From positions 1-51,661 of the forward strand of contig MEDY01000206.1 in assembly GCA_001724265.1 (NCBI GenBank): a DNA stretch of 51,661 bases. The letters are read 5' to 3'. The notes beneath the pieces are model-generated. The model made no database searches. It saw only the letters and a list, made by a program, of their open reading frames with translations, and had not been told where the DNA came from. Below, one piece after another: positions 9,401 to 21,848 of the stretch. Numbering within the stretch: the first letter of the stretch is position 1; each line of letters starts with the position of its first letter. The DNA comes from Rhizaria sp. SCN 62-66. Lineage: Eukaryota. A program made the translations under genes and the position numbers.

Positions 9401-12400
9401 CAGAGACAGACGGGGACGGGAGAGAAATGGTCGCAAGTTTGCCGATAGCGCTGGAAGTTAGGCCTCTCTGAGCGGAACCTGAGCTGCTTGCAAGGCCACT
9501 TAAGCTGGCCCTGTTGTCGGTGTGCCGCGAGAGAGAGAGAGTGACATGCGCGCCCAACAAGGGGGCCACGCTGTTTCCAGCCGATAAAGCCGCACTGACG
9601 TCAGTAATCGCTGCCGCCGCCGCCTGCGGAGACTGCGCCAACCCAGCAGTCGCGTTCAAGTTGGTTTCGCCACAGCGCGTGTAAGCAGTGCGAGCGAGGA
9701 GAGAGTCTAAAGAGGATGCCGCCGTTTCCGACGTGATAGTAAAGTGACTGTGAGCAGTGGAGTGACCAAGAGCAGGTAACTGCCAGTCAACATGAGCATG
9801 AACGCTAAAAGCACAAGTAATGACGTTGACACTGAGATTGTCCGTGTTGTTGCTGTGTCCGTAGACTGGTGAGCCCATTACATTCTGATGCTGCTTCTGT
9901 GGTTGCTGTGCGAGCGCAATACCCTCAGTCTCAACAGGACCGAGCGGCAGCGCAGAGGCAGCGACTGCGAGAAGCAGTTGCTCTGACGGCGCCGACAGGC
10001 CGGGGCCGAAAAAATCGGAGAATGGGATATTCGCGTGCAACGTCGCGTTCAAGTCATAACTCGGCTTGCCTGCGTTTACATCAGTCGTGCCGTTATTGTA
10101 GCTGTAGCTGATGCCGCAGACGTCCCGCAAGTACGGCTGCTGCGGCGCACTTGACGCCACGACAGCCGCGATAAGAGCCCACACGAAAGCACGGCCGCTG
10201 ACGGCGCTGCTTACGTTAGCGGCGGATAAGGCTTGTCTCTGATTGTGTAAGGGCAAGAGTCCGATTTGGTGCAAGTACAGGGCGAGATCGCACAAAGCAC
10301 TCACACGCTTGTCATTTGTAGCGGGAACAGTAGTCGCAGCCGCACTTGCGTTGTTATTGTCCTCGTCGTTAGCCATGCTATTGCCCACGCTGTTGTCGAC
10401 GCGAGAGCTGCCGGGGCTCGCGCTGCTACTGCTGCCGCAAGCCGCAATGGCAGCGGCGGCGAGCGGCGCCTGCGAATGTGAAAGCGCGCGCAGCAAGTTA
10501 AGCCGCGCGGTTGTTGTGTGGCCGTGCATGCGCTCGCTGACCGTGAGCAGCGCGCCCAGGCACCGCACCGCGGCCACGGCGGCCGTGACCGGCACCAGCG
10601 CGTACGCAGCGGCCTCAGCCTCTGCCTCAGCCTCGGCAGCGGCCTCCGCGGCGGCCTCAGCCGCGTCGTCGTCGTGATTGTTGATGTTGTTGTAGTTGTC
10701 GCTGATTTGGCTGGCGTTGTTGATGTTGTTGTCGTCTTGTTGCCGCTGCTGCAGCTGCTGTTGCTGCTTTGTGTTTGTAACAGAGATCGTGATGAACGAC
10801 GATAGCACGAGCGCAATCGTCTCTGATAACACAAAAGACGTACTATTGCTCATAACGTTGTTCGCGGTTGCACTCTTCGTCTTCGCGCTGGTGGTCGCGT
10901 TAAGTGAAGAGATAAGACTTTTCCACTCACCAGCCAGCATTTGTGCAGTGTTGATGTCGAGCCCAGCACTCGCAGCCACTTTGCCGCTGCCATCAATCCC
11001 CGCGGTTGCAGTCACGGCGTTGTTTTCAGCGGTCGTGAACGCAGAGTTCAATTGTTGCAACAGTTGTTCAAGCCTCAAGCTTCGTTCGCTTAATGGCAAA
11101 TCTGAATCCAAAGTCATATTATTCACACAACCGTTGTTGTTTGCAGGTGCTGCTGTCGTAATCGTGGCGATATTAATTGCCAGCGACGGGTAATGCGTGC
11201 ACGTGAACACCAGGCACCACAGCGCCTCGACCCACGCGTCCACGATAACGCCGCGAAACGCCGCGCCGCCAACACTAGCAGAGCCCGCATCAGCAGCGCC
11301 GCCAGCAGTCAAGCCAGTCTCAGCGGCGGCGCTGACGGCTGTGTCGCTCACGGCCACTGCGGCCGCGCGCGCCCTCGCCCCCGCCCAGCCGGCCCTGGCG
11401 CCCGCCGCGGCCCAGGCCAGCAGCCGCGGCAGCACCGTCCGCGCGTAGCGCTGCATGTCGGCGTCAGCAAGGCTCTCGGGCACCTTGAGCAGGTTGCACA
11501 GCGCCCACAGCGCTGTGCGCGCAAGGGCCGGCCGCGCGCGGAAGTTGAGCCGCGCGAGCAGCGAGAGCAGCGCGGGCGCGGCGCCGGCGGCGGCGAGGCG
11601 CGGGCACAGCTGGGGCTCGGAAGTGAGGTTGCCGAGCAGCCAGAGGCACTGCTCGTGCAGGGCCGATAAGAGGGTCTCGCTGTGGGCGGTGCTGGCAGCG
11701 GGAGCAAAGCTTGCGCTGCTGCTGTCCATATTCATATTACTCATATTAGTGTCGTTGAAGCGACGGTTCGTTGAGAGGATGATGCTAGCCGCTGAAGTGC
11801 TGTTGTTCGCTAAAGCATCGCTAAACCCACAATCATCAACAAGATCAGCCCCAGCGCTGATGTTAGAAGCCGCAGTGAAGAACGCACCGCTGCTGCCGCT
11901 GCCGTCGCCCAGAGAGGCGCCCGGGGAAGGCAGCAGACTGAGCAGCATGGGCAGCGCGGGCAGCAACAACTCACACTCGGCCAGTCCGCCCGCGGCCGCG
12001 AGGTTCGTGAGCCCCACGGCGGCGGCCAACACGTCCTCGGCGGCCGCGGTCGGCGCGGCGAAGACGAGCAGCAGCGCGGCGTGCGCGTTGACGCGGACGA
12101 GCTCGTCGGCCTCGGCAAAGGGGCAGTTGAGCACGCGCAGCAGCGCGGGCGCCAGCGCGCGAAACGCTGCCAGCGCCGAGGGGGGGAGCGGCGCACCGGG
12201 CAGCGGCAGCAGCGGTGCCAGCGCGGGGGCCGCGGGCGCGGGGAATGAGGACGCTGTGGCGGGGCGGGAGCACTCGAGGAGGAAGTGTGGGAGAGCGGGG
12301 GCGAGCGCGGTCATGGCGGACGACAGCTGCGCCGCGGTCGTGATACTGCTGCTGATGCGAGTGCTGGATGCGGTCGATGTGTCGACCACGTCGTAGTCGT

Positions 12401-12653
12401 TGTCGCTGTCATCGTCGTCATCGGAGGAAGAGTGAGATCCGGCGAGGCCAAGCGAGGAGAGAAAGGCGCTGCCGCCTCCCTCGAGCATGTCGGTCTGGAA
12501 GCAGTTGCGGCGACGCTTGCCCAGATGGTCTTCGCGGTTCGCCCGCTGCAGGTCGTGCAGAGCCTTGCGGCGCGCATCAAGACCTGTCTGATGGGACAGG
12601 CCTTGCTTCACGGGACGCGAGGCGTGGAGCGTGCGCTCGCGGAATAGACTCAT
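6479..12653 (-). CDS. Importin-alpha-like ARM-repeat protein with very large insertions (~1966 aa)
   Basis: IBB-like N-terminus (ARRKALHDLQRANREDHLGKRRRN) and ARM H3 motifs (GLTNLAA, EQCLWLLGNL, RTALWALCNL, VEALWCLVF, KEALWVL, RREAAVLFHNV). Exons 12653-7927, 7791-7017, 6877-6479 are phase-consistent. TGA stop. Confidence 0.7.
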
Positions 12654-13125
12654 TTGTCAGTCGTTAAACTTTTCTATCTTCTGCCAGTATAAACTGAGGG
12701 GTGTAGAGATACATGAATCAAGATTAGAGCAATTTCAATTCGTTATCTATTAAAACTAAACTATATTTGTAAAAATGCATACTAACAGGCGTATTGACGA
12801 ACAAATGCGTGACATATAGAAGATACAAATTCGCTCACGAGTTTGGCATCAAACCCTTGCGCCATCAGCCGCCGTGCTGGTAAGTGTGCTGCAAAGTGAC
12901 ATTTTTTACGATATCTTAATGAAATGTTAGCTTCTCGCATAATTTCAAGAGTATATTATCAAATCTTTTATTTAAAATAGCAAACCAAAGTAAAACTAGC
13001 AATTTCTTTAGTTTTTAACATAATATCTTTGGAACAGAAAAAAATGCGTGACCACCGGCGAGTGATCTCTGCGTCTTAAAACGATCAGTGTTTAAGATAA
13101 AGTCACACCAGCAACCTTCTTAAGC

Positions 13126-15590
13126 TTAGTTGCGCTGAATCTTAAGGTTATGTTGCGGCAACTTGTTGAGAGAGCTCTCCCTAGCCACGATATACTCGAC
13201 AGCGTCGAACTTGAAACATGATGAGAGAATGTAACGTCGCGAGACATGACAGCAAAGATAGAGTGGTTAGAGTTAAAACTTGGGATTAGGATCAATGTTA
13301 TTGTTATTTACGTTGATAAAATAATTTGAATTGCTGTTGCGAGATGTTTTGTCATATTGATGCATGATTCTTATCGCGTACCACGTCGTTCACGACTGCC
13401 TTGGCAGGGTGTTCACGGTCGTTGCTGCCTTCAGGTCCCGTAAACATGCCTAAGTGCAAACAATCATCAAAAATAATGCGGCATACATAAATTAGGAGGA
13501 GGTTGTTAAAAAGCACAAATTATCAAGCGATAAATTTAATATGTAACTTGAAGTACAATAAAGAATCAACTTAGTTTGGGATACAACGAATTCTAGCAGC
13601 TTAGTAAGAGTTGAAACATAAGAGATGAATCGTGCAAGCCGCTCCTATACTTCTCCTTTATAATGCTTTGCATCTGAAAAATATAATGACGGACCTGAGC
13701 GGACCAGAATCGAGTGCCAGCCATTGCTGTTCGCGCCGCAGATGTCGGACTTGGGGTTGTCGCCAACCATGTAAACGCCGTGAATCTACACAGTGACACA
13801 GTGTATGTGAGATATAAAAGAATGTATCACATTAAAGTTCTAATAAATAAATACAAACAGCACATAGCTCACAACATTTTGACACTTGGTGCTTCCCTTT
13901 TTAAAGTGACGTACCGAGCGTTTGCTAGCGTTGCCATGCTGCTGCTGGCTCTCGGTAAGCATACGCTTCAATACAATCTCCGCGTATCTAAACATCACCA
14001 ATTTAACAAGTTTCAATGTGCGTGAGATTAGATTTTGCAACGTTAAACGCAGAACAAATCACATCCAAGTGTCCACGTTGCAAACAGTGCGACTGTAAAT
14101 GGTTGATTTTCAATTTCATCATCATAACGTACTTATACGTCAGCGTGTTCGGCTTGCCCACAAAGTGGCACTGCAGCTCGGTGTTGGTGGCCTGCTTATA
14201 GAGCAGAGACAGCGCGCTGGAGAAGATGCCGCTGCCGAAGCGAGGCGTGTGCCAGTCCGTCACGTACTCGAGGTCCGGGCCTGAGATAAACACCGCCGGG
14301 GTCCTCGCTCTGGGGAGCGCCGCTGCCTTTGATGTCGCCGTGTCGGGGTTTGCCTGGCTGCGAACGCGCGCACTGTAAGTGTCCGTGTCAGTGTTTGCGT
14401 TGCTCTCGTTCTTGCTGTTAGTGCTCTCCCGACTGTGGGGCTGAGAAAGCGCGCTTGCTGCGGCAGTTCGCTCTAGTAGTGTCTGCAGCTGCTCACTGAG
14501 GTCGACGTCGCAGCTCTCACCCGGTTCAGCCACGGTCACACCGCGACCAAGAGCGTGGTTAAGAGAGAGAGGAGACCCGGGGAAGCCCCCTGAGCGGACC
14601 ACGTCAACAAGAATCTACACGGAAATAAATACAAAAGAGTAAATGCGTTTACAACAATGAAAGCAAACGTGTATGGTGCAACATGTTCATCAAAGCATGC
14701 TACCTACCATGTCTTCGCATCGTCTTCAAGTTGATAAACGTATTTAAAAAGATGCAAGATCAAGAAATTCGCTTGTAATTTTGCTAACTGTGCTAATGTA
14801 CGTACCTGCAGGTCCCTGTGGTAGTGCAGAGGATCCATAAACGTCAGCACACACTCGATGCGCTCACCGTCGCTCAGCTTCCGCGCCTCCCACACATCGC
14901 GCGGCTTCTCACCACAGTTAATGCTGCCAGTGTTGCCCGCACTTGTATCGTTCTTTAAGTTGGCGTCGCTCACATCCGTATCGATCTGGTCAAACTCGGC
15001 CTTCTTCGCGACCGGCGCCCAGTCTGGAAAGAGCGCGGGCCACTGGTGGTGTAGGTCGCCCACGTCGTACACGTTGCGAAACCCGTAGTCCCAGGCCAGC
15101 TGGTGCACCTTGCGCTTGCCCACCACCAGCACCGGCTTATTGCGCAGCGCCAGCGCGTCGGGCAGCGCGCGAAACGGGCTGTGGGCCAGCGCGAGGGAGG
15201 CCGGCGAGATGGGGTGGTTCAGGATTGCGCTCAGGGAGGCGGCCTTTGCACTCTCGGTCGTGCCGCCGCCGTTTGTCAGCAACACGTACGGGATCTATAA
15301 AACGACATGGAAAGTAGGCGGGTTAAAATTTGTGTTATTTGGCTGCGAGGCAATACAATGTGGCTTGTCGTTTAAATCTAATATTAAGTTGGACATACGT
15401 TGTGGTGCTCGAGGAGATGGAGCGCGGCGCGGGCGCGAGGAAGGGCTTCCTTGCCGCGCAACAGCACGCCATCAACGTCAAATGCAACGGCAGAAGTGGT
15501 GGCGGCTACGGGCGCTGTTGTAAATGACCGCGCGAGAGGGCGCGGAAACAAGATGCGCGAGAGTGAAGAGAAGGAGCCGCGGGACAGCAT
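13126..15590 (-). CDS. HAD-superfamily IIA hydrolase, HDHD5/CECR5-like, probable mitochondrial presequence
   Basis: Motifs AFDVDGVL, IPYVLLTNGGG, PRFGSG, VGKP, YMVGDNPKSDICGAN, GWHSILVRSG. Seven phase-consistent exons 15590-15399, 15294-14806, 14614-14133, 13987-13915, 13785-13695, 13449-13382, 13209-13126. Arg/Ser-rich N-terminus. TAA stop. Confidence 0.92.
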
Positions 15591-15964
15591 TGCTCTTAAG
15601 AGACCACTCTTTGGCGAAGCGGTTTCTGACTGGATGTCGAAATGTTCAAGAAATATAAAAGAAGTCAACATAATATTTAAGTAAAATATTGCCTGATCAG
15701 CAAAATACATGTTGTGTCAACGAAGGAATACGGCGCTATGAAATGTCGTCAAGCATCGCACATCAATCTCGGTCTGACCCAAGCATGGTATCGGTGACCG
15801 TGAGCAACTTGAAGAAATGGAGAGTTTACATATTTCGCATTGGAATTCTTAATTAGTGTTTCCCACAAATGTTTCTATTGTTGTGAATGGTTATTTTAAG
15901 TTGTTTTATGTTACTCTTGTTATCTTCAAGTGAACTTTACTTTCACACAATTATAAGCGACAAT

Positions 15965-18712
15965 TTACTCGTCAGTCATGACATTGCCACCTTGCTGCTG
16001 CTGCTGCTGCTGTTGGTAGTACATCGCAGCGCTCTTGCCATCGTCATCGCCGTTCTGCATATGACTGTGACGCGCGTTGTCATCCTCGATATCGCCGTCT
16101 TCAACCGTTGCAGTTGCAGTCGCATTGCCCTCGATCACACCGGCACTGGTGCCGGCGTCCGCGCCCTCACCGTAGCTGTCGCCGCTGTGGCTGTGGCTGG
16201 GATCGCGACTGTGAGCGCCCTCGGTGTCGGTGTGGGGCAGCGGCAACAGGGGGAAAAGGCCGTTGGTAGCGCGCTCCAGAGTGTACCGCATGTCTGCAGG
16301 GTGTAAATAGCCAAGAGAGAAGAGAGAAACAAGACAAGTTAACCAAGAAAAGAGGTGGCCAGATTGAGATATTAGTTGAAATTAACACAAAAGTCAATGG
16401 CTGTCGATCATGCGGTAACCACGTACTTTCGCTGTCTGTGAATGCGCGCTCTGCAAAATCGCGGAACACGTCCACGACGCTCGCGCCACACACGGCGTCC
16501 CCCGCCTCGCCCATAGTAGCAGAGACACGAGCGCAGCAGTAGCCGGGAAGCGTGGAGCGAGCCAAGGTCTCGCTCTTGTTGTTGTTGTTGTTGCTGTTAT
16601 TGTTGACAGTTTGCTTGACAGGGCCATCTGCGGCAGCAGCACTGGAGCCGACGGCCGTGACGCTGTTGTTGGTGTTCGCGTTGCTGTGCACGTTTTCACT
16701 CTCATTGGCGTCATCATCCGCACCCGCACTCGCACAGCTAGAGTTGGAGTCGGAATTGGCAGTAGCGGCGGTGGCCGCGTCCACTGCGCGGGAGAGGCGC
16801 GTGTCGAGCGCGAGCAGCAGGCGCTTGTACAGCGACGGCTGCGCCAGGCGGAACGCGCAGTACCTAAAAAAACACAAGATGATGCGTACAGTGAAACGTG
16901 TGTTACAGTTAGTGATTGAAATGTGTTTCTGTCAATCATGAAGATATTGAGTAGGTTTTTATAGGGGGTTGTGGAGTGATTGCACTGATGTGAAGCGTAC
17001 TGAAGCAGCGTCTCTGGACTCAGAGGCACACCATTGCCGCCGCTGTTGCTGTGGGTGTTTGAGATGGTGGTGAGTTGCTGCCGCAGCCCCGCCGGCAGCG
17101 CCCGCAGCGCGTGGGCCCACGCCCGCGAGCTGTGGCAGCCGTCGCCACCCTCGCCCGCACCGGCGCTGTCGCAGGTGTCGCTGCTGCTGGAGTTTGCGTT
17201 GACGTGGGCGCTGTCCCAGGGGTGGAGGAAGAAAGCCAGCTCGCCGAGCGCGGCCGGCACGGTCAGCTGCAGCTGCTCACCGTCGCCCTCAGCCTCGCCT
17301 TCACCACCAGCAGCAACAGCAGCACTTGCACTGACGCCGTCAGCGCCTCCATCACTGCTAGCGCTCAGGTTAGCAGTGACGTTGGCGTTGATCGCGGTTT
17401 CTAGCTGTGCGGAGAGCGCGGCGGCGTGGGCGCGCAGGTCCGACAGGCGCGCGCGCTGCTGTGCAATCTGTTCTTGCTGCTGCTGACTCGCGGAGTCGGA
17501 GTCAGCGGCTGCACTGGCGCTCGCAGTAGCAGTGCTGTTGTTGGTGGGCTTCTTGAGAGAAGCGAGGATAACGTCTGAGGTAATTAAAGGTAAAAGAAAT
17601 ACAAATGTTCAAGATAAACACGACTTGTCACAATGAATGCAAGACTATGATGTGCTCTGTTGTGTTGTTTTCACTGCAGGATATAAGGACGTACCCGTGT
17701 TGAAGGTGACGCGCGTGGCCTTGATCGTGCTCTCCTTGAGCTCGTCCAGAGTCTAAAAACAGAAAAAGTACGTGTAAGCAGAAAGCGTCGAAAACATGCG
17801 AGAGATATGTTTTGAAAATGCAAATGCATTCACTTAAAGACAGAAACTAGAGTGTGCATGATCTTAAGAGCGTTGTCGTACCGTGATGTACCGGCGGCGC
17901 GCGTTCTTAAGCGCAGTTTCGCGCGCGGCAATCTCAATGCGCGCGAGCGCGGCCTGAGCGCGGTGCTCGGACACGATCGCGTCAACTGTGTTGTGTTTGT
18001 GGTGTGAAAGCAAGAACAATAGAGAGCGGTAAGCACGACGAATTCCCGAGTGTGAGTGCAGCAGAGTAAAGAGTTACAGGATGTAAGGTGATAGGCTGCG
18101 TTTTCATTTGTGAAGTGGAAGACGTACATGACTGCTTGGTGGCAATGAGCGCGTCGTTGCGGGCCTGGCAGTCGGCGACGCGCGCGTTGGCATCCGCAGC
18201 GGCGGCGCGAAGCACGTCCAGCTCCGCGCTCAACTCGCGCTCCTGCTCACGTAACGTCTCAGTTTCCTATAACATCACCAGAAAGTTAAAAAGCCAAGTT
18301 AAACGTAAGAATACAAGACTGAGTTTGTAATGATAGTGCGTAATTTGACCGCATACAGCGTTTCGTGATTGTTGGGCGGACGGACCTGAGTGAGCTCGGC
18401 GGCCTCATGTTGCATGCGCACAGTGCTTGCCTGCAGCTCATGCACGTGACGCATGACCTGCTGGTCAACACCAGCGCCGGCGCCGTTGTACACTGCACTG
18501 TTATAGCTGCTGTGGCCGTTGCCGTAGCCGCGGCCGCCGCCGCCGCCGCCGCCGCCGCCACTGTTGTATGTGGAGAGACCTCCAGGTGTAGGTGCTGCGG
18601 TGAGGCTCATGCTACCGCTGTAGCCGCCGCTACCACCACCCGCGTTAGTGCCGTAGCAGTTGGGCGCAGATGAATACCCAGAAGACAAAGAGCCGTGCGT
18701 AGGAAGGCTCAT
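15965..18712 (-). CDS. Uncharacterised coiled-coil protein
   Basis: Seven phase-consistent exons 18712-18386, 18266-18128, 17985-17882, 17752-17695, 17574-17001, 16863-16427, 16293-15965. Gly/Ser head, heptad-like region (HELQASTVRMQHEAAELTQETETLREQERELSAELDVL). TAA stop. Confidence 0.75.
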
Positions 18713-19369
18713 TGGCCGCGCTATGAAGGGCGCAGGAACAAGAGAGAGAGGCAGGCAGCCGGCAGAGTTGGGGTGAACAAGAGATTTATGGATTGGCATA
18801 TTATAAAGGGTCGCTTTAGTTCGGGAATTAAAAGATCGATAATGTAGCAAGATTAAGCGCTATATTTTGCTATTCTTTTAAAACATGACGATAAAAAGAG
18901 CGAATTGAGGGACAAGTTGTATCGTAGGTCACGCTTCTGCAACTTGAAAAAGAATTCGTAACCATAAAGGCTTGCGCCACACGGTCATTTGCCAGAAAAG
19001 TGCTGTCACTTGTGTTTGCTGCACTTAATGCTTTGTATTGTGGATACATATCTAAGACACCGACAAACCATATTAGTTTTAAGTTATTGTCTTGCTTCTT
19101 GTTCTGTAACACGAGTGCTGGAGTGCACTGTCCGTCTTAGAGAGGATTTCACCGTCCTCCCTGTCGATGCGTTGGCGGTTGCACGTAATAGCTAAACGCA
19201 GTAACCAAACTCCATCAAGCTATGATGCGGCGTAGATTCCGTTGAAAGAACTATTGCTGATTTCTAAAACTTTGTTCAAGTTATTCTATGTTGCTGCTAA
19301 ATAGGCGCTTCATCGAGTCGTTGTTTTGTATTGCATTTCAAGTGCCTTTATTCAGGTCACACAGACACT

Positions 19370-21545
19370 ATGTCAACGCCAGCCGTCATCACGGCACCGC
19401 GTGACGCGCCGCCGGACCTACCTCGCGCGCTGTCTCCACCAAACGACACTCCTGTACTCCGTGGTATTGACAACAGCAGCAACTGCACGGGCGCAACCAG
19501 TCCCGGCGCTGCATCTGGCGTGATTGGCGGTAAGACAGAGTCTGCCAGTGCCGCTGCTGCCGGAGCTGCTACAACTGGCTTGCGTCCCCCGGCTCCATCA
19601 TTCCTGAAGCTCAGCACGCCGGTGCGCAACGGCTTTTCTCCGACACGTCGCGCCCACGTCTTGGGCGCAACGAACAACGTCGCCGCGAGCGGCATGAACA
19701 GTCACGATAGCGCAGTCGCAAGCGCTGACCAAGTGAGTAAAGCCGCTATGCTCCATCAGAAGCCTCCGCTGCCACAGTTCCAGCAGCAGCAACAGCAACA
19801 ACAGCAGTTGTCACAGCAGCAGCAGGACGAGCAGAGCGAGACTGAGCAGAAGCAGCAACTGCGCCGGTCGCGCGCCGACTCCGCCGCTTTTGCGGTCGAG
19901 CCCGCGCAGTACGGCGTGCCCACGCCTGCAAGCGGCAGTGTTGGCGGTGTGGCTTCTGCCCACAGCCATTATACGTTTACGGGATACTCGCAAACCAAGC
20001 TCACGCAGGTACGTCATCTAAAAGTTTGTATTTCTTCACAAACTATCAAATATTGCATCAAAAATGATTCCAAATATGCGCACGCACTATTATATTGCTA
20101 GATATATGTTATCATATGTCTGATATACCATCTACTTTGTCTCGATGTAGTTTGTGGTGTCGCCCGACGCTCCGCTGGTTACCGCCCCGCCCCGCTTGCC
20201 CCCACCGCTGCCGCCGCAGTCCCTTCGCAACGCAAACAGCTTCAACAGCCACATCAGCATAGGCGACAATGGCAGTGTTCCGTTTGACGCCGTTCTAGAC
20301 TCGTCTCCGGCTCACGCTGCCCACGGTCACGCTGCGCACAGCCACTCGCAGGTTGCGATCTCGATTCCCCCTGATGCTGCCACAGCAACAGCGGGCGCTG
20401 GCAGCTCTCACTCAAACAGCGACAACGGCAATAATAATACGTGCAAATGCAATGGTCGATGCAAGACAATTGCTGCAAGGGCGCCAACACAGCTCACAAA
20501 CTACACGAGTAATAATCACAACAACAGCAACAACAGCGGCGGCGCTGCTAACGGCGGACTTGTCGGCGGAAGCCTCGGCGGTCTCGGTGTTGTGCGCGAC
20601 TGGGACTGTGAGTGCGACTGCGACGGCTGCGTCGAGGGCGGCCGCAGTCTAAGCGGAAACGCCACGTGGTCGTCGTGGGTGCTGTCCTTCTTCCTCTGCT
20701 GTGGACGCCGGCCACTGCTGCGTTCGGCGGCTCTCGATGCGTATGATGACGGCGCAGGAAAAAGCTTCAATCAGTGTGGTAGCAATGCTGAGAACAGCAA
20801 CAGTAGGGAAGACAACACGCCGACAGTGCGGCCCAGCGGTGCTAAGAAGCTCGTTTCCGACAGCACCAACGCAAACGCAGACGGCGTTAGCATCGACGAC
20901 TGCAGTGAGTCTAAGTCTAACCGCGTATTGGCGCCTGCCGTGGCCGCGTTAAGCTTGAAGAACTTCATTGAGGAAGAGGAAGATGGCGCAATAGCGGCGA
21001 CGGCGGCGACGAAGGCAGCTGCGAGCTCTGCTACGTGCAAGTGCGTTACTGAAGGGTCTGGCACTGAGTGTAAGTGCGAGCGGGAGTGCAAGGATGAGGA
21101 CAGCATTGGAGTCAGCGCTCGCCGCGGGCTCAAGGCGGCGGTGCTGCAGGTCAAGTCGTTCTTCTCACGTGCAAACAGTAGCGGTGCCAGTGATGGCGGC
21201 GTGAGCGGGGACCAAAAGACGGCTGTTGCAACTGATACAACTGCGAACGCGAGTAGTCACTGCAACGGCCAGTCGCAGTCTACTACAACAGCGGCTACGC
21301 CTCCCGCGACTGAGGTCGATAACAACAGTGCGAGCGCTGCCGGTGTGAGTGCGGACTGCGAGCAGCCGATCAAGGGCCGCGTGCGCAGTTTGAGCGCGAC
21401 AGTCAGCACATGGGCCCGCGGCGCGTTCAGCAGCAGTAAGACTGCTGCAGCAAAGTCAGGAGCGACGCCGAATGTTGATGACGCTGTAACTGCTACTGAT
21501 GGAAGCAAGAGTAGCGCTGTTGCCGTGAGTGGGAGCGGAGTTTAA
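19370..21545 (+). CDS. Uncharacterised low-complexity protein with Cys clusters (~677 aa)
   Basis: Exons 19370-20008 and 20151-21545 (GTACGT...TAG intron, phase 0). TAA stop. No recognisable domain. Confidence 0.7.
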
Positions 21546-21848
21546 AAAGGGAAGTGTGCAGTGTCAGTTCAATGACATGCTTACATGAGTTCTATCAGAA
21601 AAATGACAACAATGATTAACATTCTTGATTCAAAAAACGATAAAAAATAAGATGCATATAAACAAAGTGATCGTCAAATCTTGTAAATGTATTGAAATTC
21701 CACTTAAAGGCGAACGATACACAATCAAACACCATTCAGAAGCAAATTGAAAATAATTATGGACAGAAAAATGAAAGCCTTAGAAACAGACGCACGCACA
21801 GAATGTGTGCTTACAGCGCAGAACTCGGGACACTCAAGCCGCAAGTCA

